Assembly: GCA_945787715.1 (NCBI GenBank)
Contig: CALZJE010000008.1
Coordinates: 24,367-88,366 of the forward strand
Reading direction: 5' to 3'
Source: an uncultured Ectothiorhodospiraceae bacterium
GTDB taxonomy: Bacteria > Pseudomonadota > Gammaproteobacteria > S012-40
DNA length: 64,000 nucleotides
Shown: piece by piece, positions 41,002-50,683 of the stretch
How the letters are laid out: every line of letters begins with the position of its first letter
How positions within the stretch are numbered: the stretch's first letter is position 1
Made by a program: the position numbers and the translations under genes
Notes under the pieces: model-generated
The model's input: the letters and a program-made list of their open reading frames with translations, nothing else
What the model was told of the DNA's origin: nothing
Database searches by the model: none

Positions 41002-42846
41002 ATGAGCGATATTTTGGATTCAGAATTTGATCCTAAGGCTTTTCTAAAAACACTCACGACCAAGCCTGGTGTTTATCGAATGATAAACAAGGATGGTAAA
41101 GTTATTTATGTGGGTAAAGCTAAAAATCTAAAAAAACGAGTATCGAGCTATTTCTCTCGTTCGGATCAAACACCAAAAACAAAAATCATGGTGTCACATA
41201 TTGCCAATATTGAAATAGCAGTGACGCACACAGAGAATGAAGCACTTATTCTCGAAAGTAATTTAATTAAATCGCTCAAACCTCAGTACAACGTAACATA
41301 TCGGGATGATAAAAGTTACCCCTATATTTATTTGTCCACAGCACAAAAATTTCCACGCCTTGCTTATCACAGAGGATCTCGAAAGGCGAAAGGACGTTAT
41401 TTTGGTCCTTACCCTAGTGCTGGTGCGGTGAGAGAAAGCTTAAACCTTTTACAAAAAATATTCCCAGTTCGACAGTGTGAAGATACCTTTTTTAAAAACA
41501 GATCGCGCCCCTGTCTGCAATATCAGATAAAACGATGTACGGCTCCTTGTGTTGATTTAGTGAGTGAAGAGGCTTATCAGAAAGATGTACGCCATGCAGT
41601 TATGTTTTTGGAAGGGAAAAACAGCGCGGTAATTGATGAGTTGGTAAAGCAAATGGAGCAAGCGTCTGAATCATTGGAATTTGAGAGGGCAGTAGTTTAT
41701 CGTGATCAGATAGCCGCGCTACGTAAAGTGCAAGAGAAACAATACATCACTGGTGAGAATGAAACGAATCTTGATGTGATTGCAGGTATTATTCGTGGTG
41801 GCATGGGAAGTATTCAAGTTTTTAATGTTCGTGGAGGAATGAATTTGGGAAATAAATCATATTTTCCCAAACTCGTGGAGCATACTTCGGTTGATGAAAT
41901 GCTTTCAGCTTTTATTGCTCAATATTATATCGGTAAAGCAGGTGTGAGAATTTTGCCGCCGGAAATTTTACTCAACGAAATACCCCAGGATAATCAGTGG
42001 TTGGAAGATGTTTTATCAGAGCAAGCTAGTAGAAGAGTTAAGTTGAATGTTAATGTTAGAGGTGACCGTGTCCGGTGGGTTCGCCTTGCCTTGGCGAATG
42101 CAGAAACAGCATTGGACGCGCATCTTGCCGGCAAAGCTAATATGTTAGGACGTTTTGAGGCGCTTCAAGAAGCGCTTGGGCTTGATTCTCTACCTCAGCG
42201 TATTGAGTGCTTTGATATTAGCCACACTATGGGCGAAGCAACAGTCGCATCTTGTGTAGTGTGTGAACCTTCGGGTGCAATAAAATCTGATTATCGTCGT
42301 TTCAATATTGAAGGTATTACGCCAGGGGATGATTATGCTGCAATGTTGCAAGCACTGACTCGACGTTATAAGCGAATAAAGGAAGGGGAGGGCAAGTTGC
42401 CTGATATTTTATTAATCGACGGTGCTAAAGGTCAGTTATCACAAGCAGAGCAAGTGATGGAGGAGTTGCAAATTGACGGTGTTATATTAATCGGTGTGGC
42501 AAAGGGACCTGATCGTCGTGCAGGATTAGAGAAACTTCACTTGTCGGGAAAAGATAAACCTTTTTCTCTACCGCCCAATTCTCCCGCATTACATCTCATA
42601 CAATTTGTCAGGGATGAATCCCATCGCTTTGCAATAACAGGCCATCGTAATCGCCGAGGTAAAGCAAGACAAGAATCACCATTGGAAAATATTGAAGGTC
42701 TTGGGCCAAAGCGCAGGCAGTTGTTACTTAAGCAGTTTGGTGGTCTGCAGGGTATTAGTCGAGCAGGTGTGGAAGATATCGCCAATGTGAAGGGAATCAG
42801 CACGCCGCTAGCTGAAAAAATATATGCTGTTTTTCATGCAGATTGA
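41002..42846 (+). CDS. uvrC: Excinuclease ABC subunit C
   Basis: GIY-YIG N-terminus (GVYRMINKDGKVIYVGKAKNLKKR), UvrBC domain and C-terminal HhH. 614 aa. Confidence 0.95.
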   Translation: MSDILDSEFDPKAFLKTLTTKPGVYRMINKDGKVIYVGKAKNLKKRVSSYFSRSDQTPKTKIMVSHIANIEIAVTHTENEALILESNLIKSLKPQYNVTYRDDKSYPYIYLSTAQKFPRLAYHRGSRKAKGRYFGPYPSAGAVRESLNLLQKIFPVRQCEDTFFKNRSRPCLQYQIKRCTAPCVDLVSEEAYQKDVRHAVMFLEGKNSAVIDELVKQMEQASESLEFERAVVYRDQIAALRKVQEKQYITGENETNLDVIAGIIRGGMGSIQVFNVRGGMNLGNKSYFPKLVEHTSVDEMLSAFIAQYYIGKAGVRILPPEILLNEIPQDNQWLEDVLSEQASRRVKLNVNVRGDRVRWVRLALANAETALDAHLAGKANMLGRFEALQEALGLDSLPQRIECFDISHTMGEATVASCVVCEPSGAIKSDYRRFNIEGITPGDDYAAMLQALTRRYKRIKEGEGKLPDILLIDGAKGQLSQAEQVMEELQIDGVILIGVAKGPDRRAGLEKLHLSGKDKPFSLPPNSPALHLIQFVRDESHRFAITGHRNRRGKARQESPLENIEGLGPKRRQLLLKQFGGLQGISRAGVEDIANVKGISTPLAEKIYAVFHAD

Positions 42847-43042
42847 AATATATCTCAATGGCGTTCACAAATTTTGATTGAAGTTGTTTTGAGAAATTGA
42901 GTTGCAATAGACAAAAGCTTATTATCCGATCAATGCATATGTTAAAGTAGCTGTTGAAAAATGTTAGCAATTTGAATCATAAAGTATCTTCCTACTTCGG
43001 GGATGATTAAAAAATAATCGATATTTAAGTGTTAAAAGAAAA

Positions 43043-43597
43043 ATGAATAGCATTCCAACACTAATAACCTGGGGACGTATAGCACTGATACCAGTGTTTG
43101 TACTCTGTTTTTTTCTACCAGTTAGCTGGTCCAATGAAGCAACAGTCATCATATTTCTCTTGGCTGCTGTGACAGATTGGCTAGATGGTTATCTCGCCAG
43201 AGTACTTAATCAGACATCAAAGTTTGGCGCTTTTTTAGATCCTGTTGCGGATAAGTTAATGGTAGGTGTTGCGTTGGTGTTGATTGTTCAAGCAAATCCT
43301 TCACCCTGGATTGCAGTTGCTGCGGCAATTATAATCGGAAGAGAGATTGCGGTTTCCTCGCTTCGTGAATGGATGGCAGAGATCGGCGAGCGAGCAAGTG
43401 TTGCAGTATCTGCTGTCGGTAAAATCAAGACCACAGTGCAGATGCTTTCAATTTTAATGTTACTTTATCATGAGCCCTTTAAAGCGTTCTCTGCGTACGA
43501 AACAGGGGTGGTGCTGTTATATCTGGCTGCGTTTTTAACGCTGTGGTCTATGGCACTTTATTTGAAAGCTGCTTGGCCAAGTTTCCGGGATTCGTGA
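43043..43597 (+). CDS. pgsA: CDP-diacylglycerol--glycerol-3-phosphate 3-phosphatidyltransferase
   Basis: CDP-alcohol phosphatidyltransferase motif (DWLDGYLAR...GAFLDPVADK). 184 aa. Confidence 0.9.
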   Translation: MNSIPTLITWGRIALIPVFVLCFFLPVSWSNEATVIIFLLAAVTDWLDGYLARVLNQTSKFGAFLDPVADKLMVGVALVLIVQANPSPWIAVAAAIIIGREIAVSSLREWMAEIGERASVAVSAVGKIKTTVQMLSILMLLYHEPFKAFSAYETGVVLLYLAAFLTLWSMALYLKAAWPSFRDS

Positions 43598-43761
43598 TTT
43601 GTAGCTATACCAATTTACTGCTTTGATTATTCTATTTCTTTGATTATAAAGAGTAATTATTGACTTCCATGGAAAATGACATTAATAAATAAATATTAAA
43701 AAAGTTTAAGCTAATGCTTGACAGTAAAGTCTCAATGAGTAAAATAGCGCGCTCATTACAG

Positions 43762-43836
43762 GCGGGAATAGCTCAGTGGTAGAGCACAACCTTGCCAAGG
43801 TTGGGGTCGCGAGTTCGAGCCTCGTTTCCCGCTCCA
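43762..43836 (+). tRNA. tRNA-Gly (anticodon GCC)
   Basis: GCGGGAATAGCTCAGTGGTAGAGCACAACCTTGCCAAGGTTG...TCCA. Same position as glyW in E. coli. Confidence 0.9.
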
Positions 43837-43947
43837 AATTCTAGAGCCTCGGCTGTACAGTCGGGGTTTTTTAATTCTTAAAGTATGACTGAATAAATAA
43901 CAAATGATTCTGTTATTGAAGATTCTGTTATTATAGTAACGAGCATT

Positions 43948-44021
43948 GGCTGGGTGGCAGAGTGGTGATGCAGCGGCCTGCAAAGCCGTCAACAGCGGTT
44001 CGATTCCGCTCCTAGCCTCCA
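43948..44021 (+). tRNA. tRNA-Cys (anticodon GCA)
   Basis: 74 nt. Anticodon loop CTGCAAA. Acceptor stem GGCTGGG/CCTAGCC with one G-U pair. Confidence 0.85.
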
Positions 44022-44081
44022 TACAATTTGTATGTTGTGATTCTGACGCTTGGCAGCGTAGAATGTTAAAGCCATACCCTA

Positions 44082-44168
44082 GCCCGGGTGGCGAAATTGG
44101 TAGACGCAAGGGACTTAAAATCCCTCGAGGGAAACCTCGTGCCGGTTCGATTCCGGCCCCGGGCACCA
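44082..44168 (+). tRNA. tRNA-Leu (anticodon TAA), with long variable arm
   Basis: 87 nt. GCCCGGGTGGCGAAATTGGTAGACGCAAGGGACTTAAAATCCC...CACCA. Confidence 0.9.
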
Positions 44169-44454
44169 TCTTTTATCACTACAAATCCTTTTTTTCAAAT
44201 ACACATAATCGTTTATTTTTTTGATTATACCCTGTAAATTCTTCGTGTAATCTTGCATCTAGCGTGTTTATAAGTATTACCTGTATGATCCTGGTATTAG
44301 CTAACGTCTCTATTCAAATGTAAGTCGTTTTTCTATTCATCCCTAGTATTCATCCTTAGTACGACAGGCGCCTGACCGTTGTTTGGAAACAGACGACGTT
44401 TGCTTGATATTTTTAAGCTAAACTATCAAGCTAATATTCTATATCTATGTTCAC

Positions 44455-46413
44455 ATGAAATATAAACAAGCAAACGAAGCAGAGTTAAATTGGGATGATG
44501 GGCAGCCTCAAAGTGTTTTGTATGGGGATCCGTATTCTTCTATTGCTAATGGTTTGGCGGAAACAGAATATGTTTTTATAAAACATAATGGACTACCAGA
44601 ACGATGGGAAAATAAATCCAATTTTGTGATTGCTGAAACGGGTTTTGGTATGGGGCGTAATTTTCTTGTGACTTGTCAGCAATGGTTAGCTACAACTCAT
44701 ATATCTCAAAAGCTAACGTTCATTTCAGTGGAAATGCACCCATTGGCAATCGCAGACCTTCAACAAGCACTCGCAAAATGGCCAGAACTCAAAGAATATT
44801 CTCAAGAGCTGCTTGAGATATATCCAACAAACATTCCTGGATTTCATCGAATGGAGATGTTCGATGGGCGTGTTTGTTTGTTGCTTCTCATTGGTGATGC
44901 AACTGAAATGTATCAACAATTGATAGCGAAAGTTGACGCATGGTTTCTTGATGGCTTTTCTCCGGTAAAAAATAATGCTATGTGGTCGCCTTTATTGTTC
45001 TCTCAAATTTCTCGGCTAAGTGAACAAGGTTCAACGTTTAGTACGTATGCTGCAGCAGGTGATGTTCGTCGTTCGCTGCAGGCAGCAGGTTTCGATGTTA
45101 AAAGAAGCCCTGGTTTTGGGAAAAAGCGTGAGATGATCTATGGGGTTATACCTAAACCTTCAATCTCAAGAACTTCCAAACCATGGTTTAATATTTCAAA
45201 GGCCCTGTCAGATAATAAAAAAGAAATTTGTATTATCGGTGCTGGGATTGCTGGATTAACAACTGCTTATGTCTTTTCTAAAAGAGGATGGAAAGTAACC
45301 GTTGTTGATAAGCAGCCTGACGTCGCAGGTGGTGCTTCCGGGAATCCTGTTGGATTGATCATGCCGCGTTTTACTGCTGATATGAATCGCGGTGCTCGAT
45401 TCTATACGGAAAGTTTTTTAAATACGGTTCGTTGGTTAAACCTCTTGCAAAAACAAAACGATTTTAAACATTGGTATCAATCCGGTGTTCTGCATTTAAT
45501 GCCAGAAGATAAATTATCAAAGTTGCGAAAACTTAATTTTCCAGAAACCTTTGTTACTGAGTTAAGTATAGAAAAAATACAAGCAAGTTATAAAATTAAA
45601 GCCAGTACTGGTGGACTGTTAATCCACCAAGCAGGATATGTTGAACCCTTCAAACTTTGTCATTTTTTGTATGAATTGCTTAAAGATAATGTCGTCTTTC
45701 GGTTTTCAACGGAAGTCAGTGAGTTAGTCAAAGATGATCAGGTGTGGCAATTAAAATGTGATGATGGAGTAATAATTAATTCAGAAAATGTTGTTGTCGC
45801 CAATGCAAATGATGTCAGCCGTTTTTTTTCGGAAGATCTTGTTACTATCATTCCTGTACGAGGCCAAGTGAGTCAGGTGCCCAAAGCACAGCTGAAGTTT
45901 AATCTCGATTTTCCTATTGTTTGTGAAAACTACATTACACCTGAAGTCGATGGTGAAGTGGCACTCGGTGCAAGTTATGATAGGAAAAAATTGACGACTG
46001 AATTAAGCGAAAGAGAGCATTTAGAAATTGTGGCGCAAATGAAAACTGTTCTTGGTGATTTATTTAATGACGAAAAATTTACAAAAGGTCGGGCTTCAAT
46101 TCGTTGCACAACGCATGATCGTTTTCCTGTTATTGGTCCGGTTCCTGGTTGGGAGTATTATCGCAAGTCATATGCTGAATTAAAGCACGGTAAACCTATA
46201 GAAAATTTTCCTGACGGAGAATATCAGCCTGGCCTTTTTTTGAATACTGGTCATGGCTCAAGAGGATTAGTTTCAAGTTATAACGCGGCTGAATTGTTAT
46301 TTTCAATGATTTCAGGACTTCCTCTCCATTTTGAAAACGAAATTATAGAATCAATACATCCGGCGAGATTTATAATTAAGAAACTCAAGAGAGGAAGCTT
46401 AGTTTCTGATTAG
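44455..46413 (+). CDS. mnmC: Bifunctional tRNA 5-methylaminomethyl-2-thiouridine biosynthesis protein MnmC
   Basis: 652 aa. N-terminal SAM methyltransferase domain and C-terminal FAD oxidoreductase (ICIIGAGIAGLTTA). Confidence 0.9.
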   Translation: MKYKQANEAELNWDDGQPQSVLYGDPYSSIANGLAETEYVFIKHNGLPERWENKSNFVIAETGFGMGRNFLVTCQQWLATTHISQKLTFISVEMHPLAIADLQQALAKWPELKEYSQELLEIYPTNIPGFHRMEMFDGRVCLLLLIGDATEMYQQLIAKVDAWFLDGFSPVKNNAMWSPLLFSQISRLSEQGSTFSTYAAAGDVRRSLQAAGFDVKRSPGFGKKREMIYGVIPKPSISRTSKPWFNISKALSDNKKEICIIGAGIAGLTTAYVFSKRGWKVTVVDKQPDVAGGASGNPVGLIMPRFTADMNRGARFYTESFLNTVRWLNLLQKQNDFKHWYQSGVLHLMPEDKLSKLRKLNFPETFVTELSIEKIQASYKIKASTGGLLIHQAGYVEPFKLCHFLYELLKDNVVFRFSTEVSELVKDDQVWQLKCDDGVIINSENVVVANANDVSRFFSEDLVTIIPVRGQVSQVPKAQLKFNLDFPIVCENYITPEVDGEVALGASYDRKKLTTELSEREHLEIVAQMKTVLGDLFNDEKFTKGRASIRCTTHDRFPVIGPVPGWEYYRKSYAELKHGKPIENFPDGEYQPGLFLNTGHGSRGLVSSYNAAELLFSMISGLPLHFENEIIESIHPARFIIKKLKRGSLVSD

Positions 46414-46635
46414 TCGTTATTTGTGCAAAAACAAAGCAAATATTGATTGTGTTCATTATATTCAATCCGTAAAATTGAGTTTCTCTGGCGATATTGCCAT
46501 TTCCTTGAATGGATAAATAATATCTCTAAAATCCTGGAGGATTCAGGATGAGAATACTGAAAATATAAGCTGGAATCCCAATTATTCATCTCTAAACGGC
46601 AATGCCCGAAAGCTGTGTATAAAATAAATATTATT

Positions 46636-49600
46636 ATGAAAATCAAAACAATAAACTTGAGTGCCACACTATTCATCGCATTGATTTCGCTGATAAGCTG
46701 TAGCAGCGAAAACAATAAAGTTCCAGCAAAGAACGACAACCCCGCGTTTTCAAGCAAAAAAAATAACTTTATTCCTGCTGGAATTTCTGTAACAACAAAG
46801 AATGGTGTGGCAGAACTTTCTTGGCCAGAGTTTCCGGATGCAACGGCTTATCAATTATATTGGTCTACCTCTGCTGTAACTGATATTAAAACAGCGGAAA
46901 AAGTTAAACTTAGCTCACCGTTTTATCGTCATGAAAATATTATAAATGATGTTAATTACTATTATACCTATTCCGTAGTGATAAATGGCGTTGAAAGTTT
47001 ATACTCAAATGAAGTTACAATAACAGCGCTTTCTCCTCCAGTGGATGCTCCTACAGACGTGAAAATTATTCCTGGTGATGAGCGATTAACATTAATTTGG
47101 ACAGCGTCTAATAATAGTAATCTACCCAAAACAGATTTACTTTATCATGTGTATTGGAATACATCGGGTAATGTCACAAAAGATGATGAAAAATTAGTAG
47201 CTTCTGCGTCACCTGCTGTGCATCTTGGGCTTAACAATGGGGTGCAATATTACTATCGAATAGCCGCCGTTATCGATAGCCTCGAAGGAGGGTTGTCCAA
47301 TGAAGTTTCTTCTGCTCCACATACCCCGACGCTATTCGCACCTCTCAACGTTGTTGTTACAGCGGGTGTAAGTGAAAATCTGCTTGAGTGGCAAGCCGTC
47401 GAATTTGCAGACTCTTATTCGGTATATTGGAATACTTCAGGTGAAGTAGGATTGTCTGATCAGTTCTTTGAAGTATCAGAGCCAGTATTTACCCAAAAAA
47501 ACTTACGTAATGGTAATACATATTTTTATCGAGTAATGGCCCATAACTCATCTTTCAATAGTTCATTTTCAAGAGAAGTATCAGCCAGGCCAGCGACAGC
47601 GTTACCAGGCACCCCGCAAAGAATTTCCGTGGTTGCTGGCGTAGAGAAAGCTACAATAAATTGGAGTGCGGTGGAGAACGCCATACTTTATAACTTATAT
47701 TGGTATACCAATGGCGCCGTGACCAACGTTAATCCCAATGTGATCTCGCCTTTTAATCATAATAATTTGTCCTCGGATTTGGAAGTCAATTATCGAATAT
47801 CAGCCGTTGTAAATGGTGTTGAAGGTTTACCCTCCGCGCAAGTAACGGTTAAACCATTGCCACAGCCTGCTGCCGCACCTGCTGGAGTTGTTATTACCAA
47901 TTCTCAATCTCAAGGCGTTTTACTTACTTGGGAGCCGGATGAATCAGCAATTGCATATAACCTATATTGGAATACTACAGGAGACGTTACTACTGAAGAT
48001 GAAGTGATAAAAAATGTAACATCTCCTTACGCACATGTTGACGCAGAAAATGGCAAAACATATTTCTACATGATAACTTCCGTCAATAATGAAGGTGAAA
48101 GTTTGCCATCTAATGTCATTAAAGTAACCTTGGCGCCGAATGCCCCAAATGATATTAGGGCAGAAATAAATGAGAACGCTATCGGGCTTCAATGGGATGA
48201 GGTTAGTGGAGCAAAAAATTATCATCTTTATTGGTCGACGTCACCAGATATTGCCATTAAAGAACGTAATCATATTCCTACGGTCAACCCTGGATTTACC
48301 CATATTGACCTTGCTTATGGTCAAAAGTATTACTACATCATCACATCTGAAAACGAAGCGGGAGAGAGTGTAGGTTCCCAAGAGCTTGTTGTTAAGACTG
48401 ATGAAAAAACAATAATACCAGTAGCAGCGCCGACAGATATATCTGTATCTGTAGTGGCTAATGACATAGTGCTGAATTGGTCTGAAGTTCTCTATGCTAC
48501 ATCATATAAAATGTATCTCTCACCAAGTCCTATTATTTCCATTGATGGCTTGGATGGTATTCCAATAGAAGCTACTGAATATGTTCATCAATCGCCTGTT
48601 GTTAATCAACAATATTATTATCGCATTAGTAGTATCGGTTCTTCAGGAGATAGTACTGTTTCGGAGCAAGTGACAGCAGTTATCGAAGATAAATTAATAT
48701 CTGATGCATTGAAATTGATACCTGATCAAACATTCCGAAATTGCATTAGTTCAATGGCTTCTGAACATCAATGGATCAATGCCAGTGAAGTTTCATATTT
48801 GGAATGCAGCTCTGGTGAAGGTGGCTTTATTCAAAGTCTTGATGGTATTCATCAATTCCTATTCGTGACGGAGTTTACCTTTTTTGGGGGCAAAATACAA
48901 AATCTCGATGCTTTTTCGGGACTTTCATTTCCTGCATTAACACGTATCCAATTGGTGAATAATGGCATTGAGAATATTACTGGTCTTGGGGAGATAATAG
49001 CCCCTAATCTTTCTTATTTAATATTAGATCAAAATAAAATATCAGACTTGAATCCACTTTCTTCACTATCAAGTTTAATTGAACTATCTGTGTCTCAAAA
49101 CCAGGTGGTTGATGTCTCTCCAGCATCAAATTTAACAGCGCTTCGGAAGTTGGATTTCCATGCTAATAAGATAGGCGGAGTTAATATAGGCAATCTAAAT
49201 TCTTTGCTTCCATTAACATCGAGCGATACGTTTGAATATTTTAATGTCGATCAGAATATAGGTGTTGATTGTGCGGAATTAGAAATGGTACTTCATTCTC
49301 TTGGTGGCATAAAGATACCTGATTCTCCAATAAACGATATTAACTGTTCGGTAACTGAGAGCTCTCTACCGTTATCGCCAAAAAACATAGTCGCTAGAGC
49401 TGGAGCTGATTTTGTTCAGTTTCTTTGGGATGAATCATTAGGAGCAACTTCCTACACTGTATATTGGTCAAATGAATTCATTGGTTCTAGTTCTGGTTCT
49501 GGTGCTGAGGTGTTTGAGTTTCCTGAAGTTACACATGATTTTGTTCATCAACAACTGCAGAGTGGTTTGCCTCACTATTATCAAATATCAGCGAGTAATG

Positions 49601-50610
49601 CGAATGGTGAAAGTATCCAAACAAGTGAAATTTCTCTGACACCACTGCCTGTGTTGTTATCAGAAATGACAGTGCCAGATCCTGGCTTTCAAGAATGTGT
49701 CAACGATATTATCGATACAGGACCGTGGGTATATGCGCATGAAGTGGAAGTATTAAATTGCAGCCTTAGCAGTAATACATCGATTAATGATCTAACCGGA
49801 ATTCATCTTTTTTCAGGTGTTAGAAGTATCGATTTATCAGGGAAGGGTTTAGAGACTCTGGATGGATTTGACTTTTCTTACTTTCCTGACCTTGTTTCAT
49901 TGAATTTATATGGTAACAGTATTTATAGCGCTGAAGCACTTTCAACATCTATTGTGCCGCAGTTAAAGGATCTCGATATAAGTTCAAATAATCAACTACT
50001 AAGTGTAAAGCCACTAAATAGCCTGACTTCATTAACGTCGCTTAAACTAGTTTGGAATAGCTTAGTTGATTTACGAGAAATACCAGACTTGGTGAATCTT
50101 GAAGACCTCGATATATCTTCAATGTCATTTTTTAGTGGAATTAGTTTAAATATCGATGTGCTGAGTAACTATTCAAAATTGGTGGAATTGGATATGTCAT
50201 TTAATGTCATTACTGATTATTCAAGCTTGTCTGATTTAACCAACTTAGAACGATTGCTTCTTATAAATAATAAAATAGATGATATAAGTTTTATCACAAT
50301 ACCTTCATCGGTTCTTGAACTGAATTTATCTAATAATGAAATTAGTGATGTTACGCCATTATCAGGAATGACTCAGTTACAGTTTCTCAATCTTAATCGG
50401 AATGTTATTGGCAATACACCGGAAGAGAATATTATCAAATTAAACGCACTAACTTCTGCGTCTGAAATCTCCTTGATTGGGAATAGAAGTATGGAATGTA
50501 ATGAGCTTATACAATTAATATCGGATTTAGAAGTTGGTGTAGTAAAATTTAGTGATGGAAGTAGAGTTGTACCTGAACAAAACCTAGATTGCACTATTTA
50601 TAATCCCTAA
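46636..50610 (+). CDS. Giant lipoprotein: about 9 FN3-like repeats followed by internalin-type leucine-rich repeats
   Basis: Lipobox LISCS. Start taken at the ATG at 46636. Repeating modules of about 95 aa have a YxLYWxTS core. C-terminal half has 22-aa LRRs (LSYLILDQNKISDLNPLSSLSSLIELSVSQNQVVDVSP...). Confidence 0.65.
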   Translation: MKIKTINLSATLFIALISLISCSSENNKVPAKNDNPAFSSKKNNFIPAGISVTTKNGVAELSWPEFPDATAYQLYWSTSAVTDIKTAEKVKLSSPFYRHENIINDVNYYYTYSVVINGVESLYSNEVTITALSPPVDAPTDVKIIPGDERLTLIWTASNNSNLPKTDLLYHVYWNTSGNVTKDDEKLVASASPAVHLGLNNGVQYYYRIAAVIDSLEGGLSNEVSSAPHTPTLFAPLNVVVTAGVSENLLEWQAVEFADSYSVYWNTSGEVGLSDQFFEVSEPVFTQKNLRNGNTYFYRVMAHNSSFNSSFSREVSARPATALPGTPQRISVVAGVEKATINWSAVENAILYNLYWYTNGAVTNVNPNVISPFNHNNLSSDLEVNYRISAVVNGVEGLPSAQVTVKPLPQPAAAPAGVVITNSQSQGVLLTWEPDESAIAYNLYWNTTGDVTTEDEVIKNVTSPYAHVDAENGKTYFYMITSVNNEGESLPSNVIKVTLAPNAPNDIRAEINENAIGLQWDEVSGAKNYHLYWSTSPDIAIKERNHIPTVNPGFTHIDLAYGQKYYYIITSENEAGESVGSQELVVKTDEKTIIPVAAPTDISVSVVANDIVLNWSEVLYATSYKMYLSPSPIISIDGLDGIPIEATEYVHQSPVVNQQYYYRISSIGSSGDSTVSEQVTAVIEDKLISDALKLIPDQTFRNCISSMASEHQWINASEVSYLECSSGEGGFIQSLDGIHQFLFVTEFTFFGGKIQNLDAFSGLSFPALTRIQLVNNGIENITGLGEIIAPNLSYLILDQNKISDLNPLSSLSSLIELSVSQNQVVDVSPASNLTALRKLDFHANKIGGVNIGNLNSLLPLTSSDTFEYFNVDQNIGVDCAELEMVLHSLGGIKIPDSPINDINCSVTESSLPLSPKNIVARAGADFVQFLWDESLGATSYTVYWSNEFIGSSSGSGAEVFEFPEVTHDFVHQQLQSGLPHYYQISASNANGESIQTSEISLTPLPVLLSEMTVPDPGFQECVNDIIDTGPWVYAHEVEVLNCSLSSNTSINDLTGIHLFSGVRSIDLSGKGLETLDGFDFSYFPDLVSLNLYGNSIYSAEALSTSIVPQLKDLDISSNNQLLSVKPLNSLTSLTSLKLVWNSLVDLREIPDLVNLEDLDISSMSFFSGISLNIDVLSNYSKLVELDMSFNVITDYSSLSDLTNLERLLLINNKIDDISFITIPSSVLELNLSNNEISDVTPLSGMTQLQFLNLNRNVIGNTPEENIIKLNALTSASEISLIGNRSMECNELIQLISDLEVGVVKFSDGSRVVPEQNLDCTIYNP

Positions 50611-50683
50611 CGCTGCGTCGTTTGAAGATTACTAATACTGTAATCGGATAATATAAAAAGGATTATTTGTATGGCGCTCTTTT

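Noticed and set aside
43756-44224. Two ORFs (137 aa on minus, 92 aa on plus) spanning the tRNA-Gly/Cys/Leu cluster
   Set aside because: Both overlap three clear tRNA genes and are artefacts of GC-rich tRNA sequence.
46410-46757. 115-aa minus-strand ORF overlapping the start of the FN3-LRR gene
   Set aside because: AT-rich leader and signal-peptide region read backwards. No Shine-Dalgarno. It conflicts with a strongly supported lipoprotein start.
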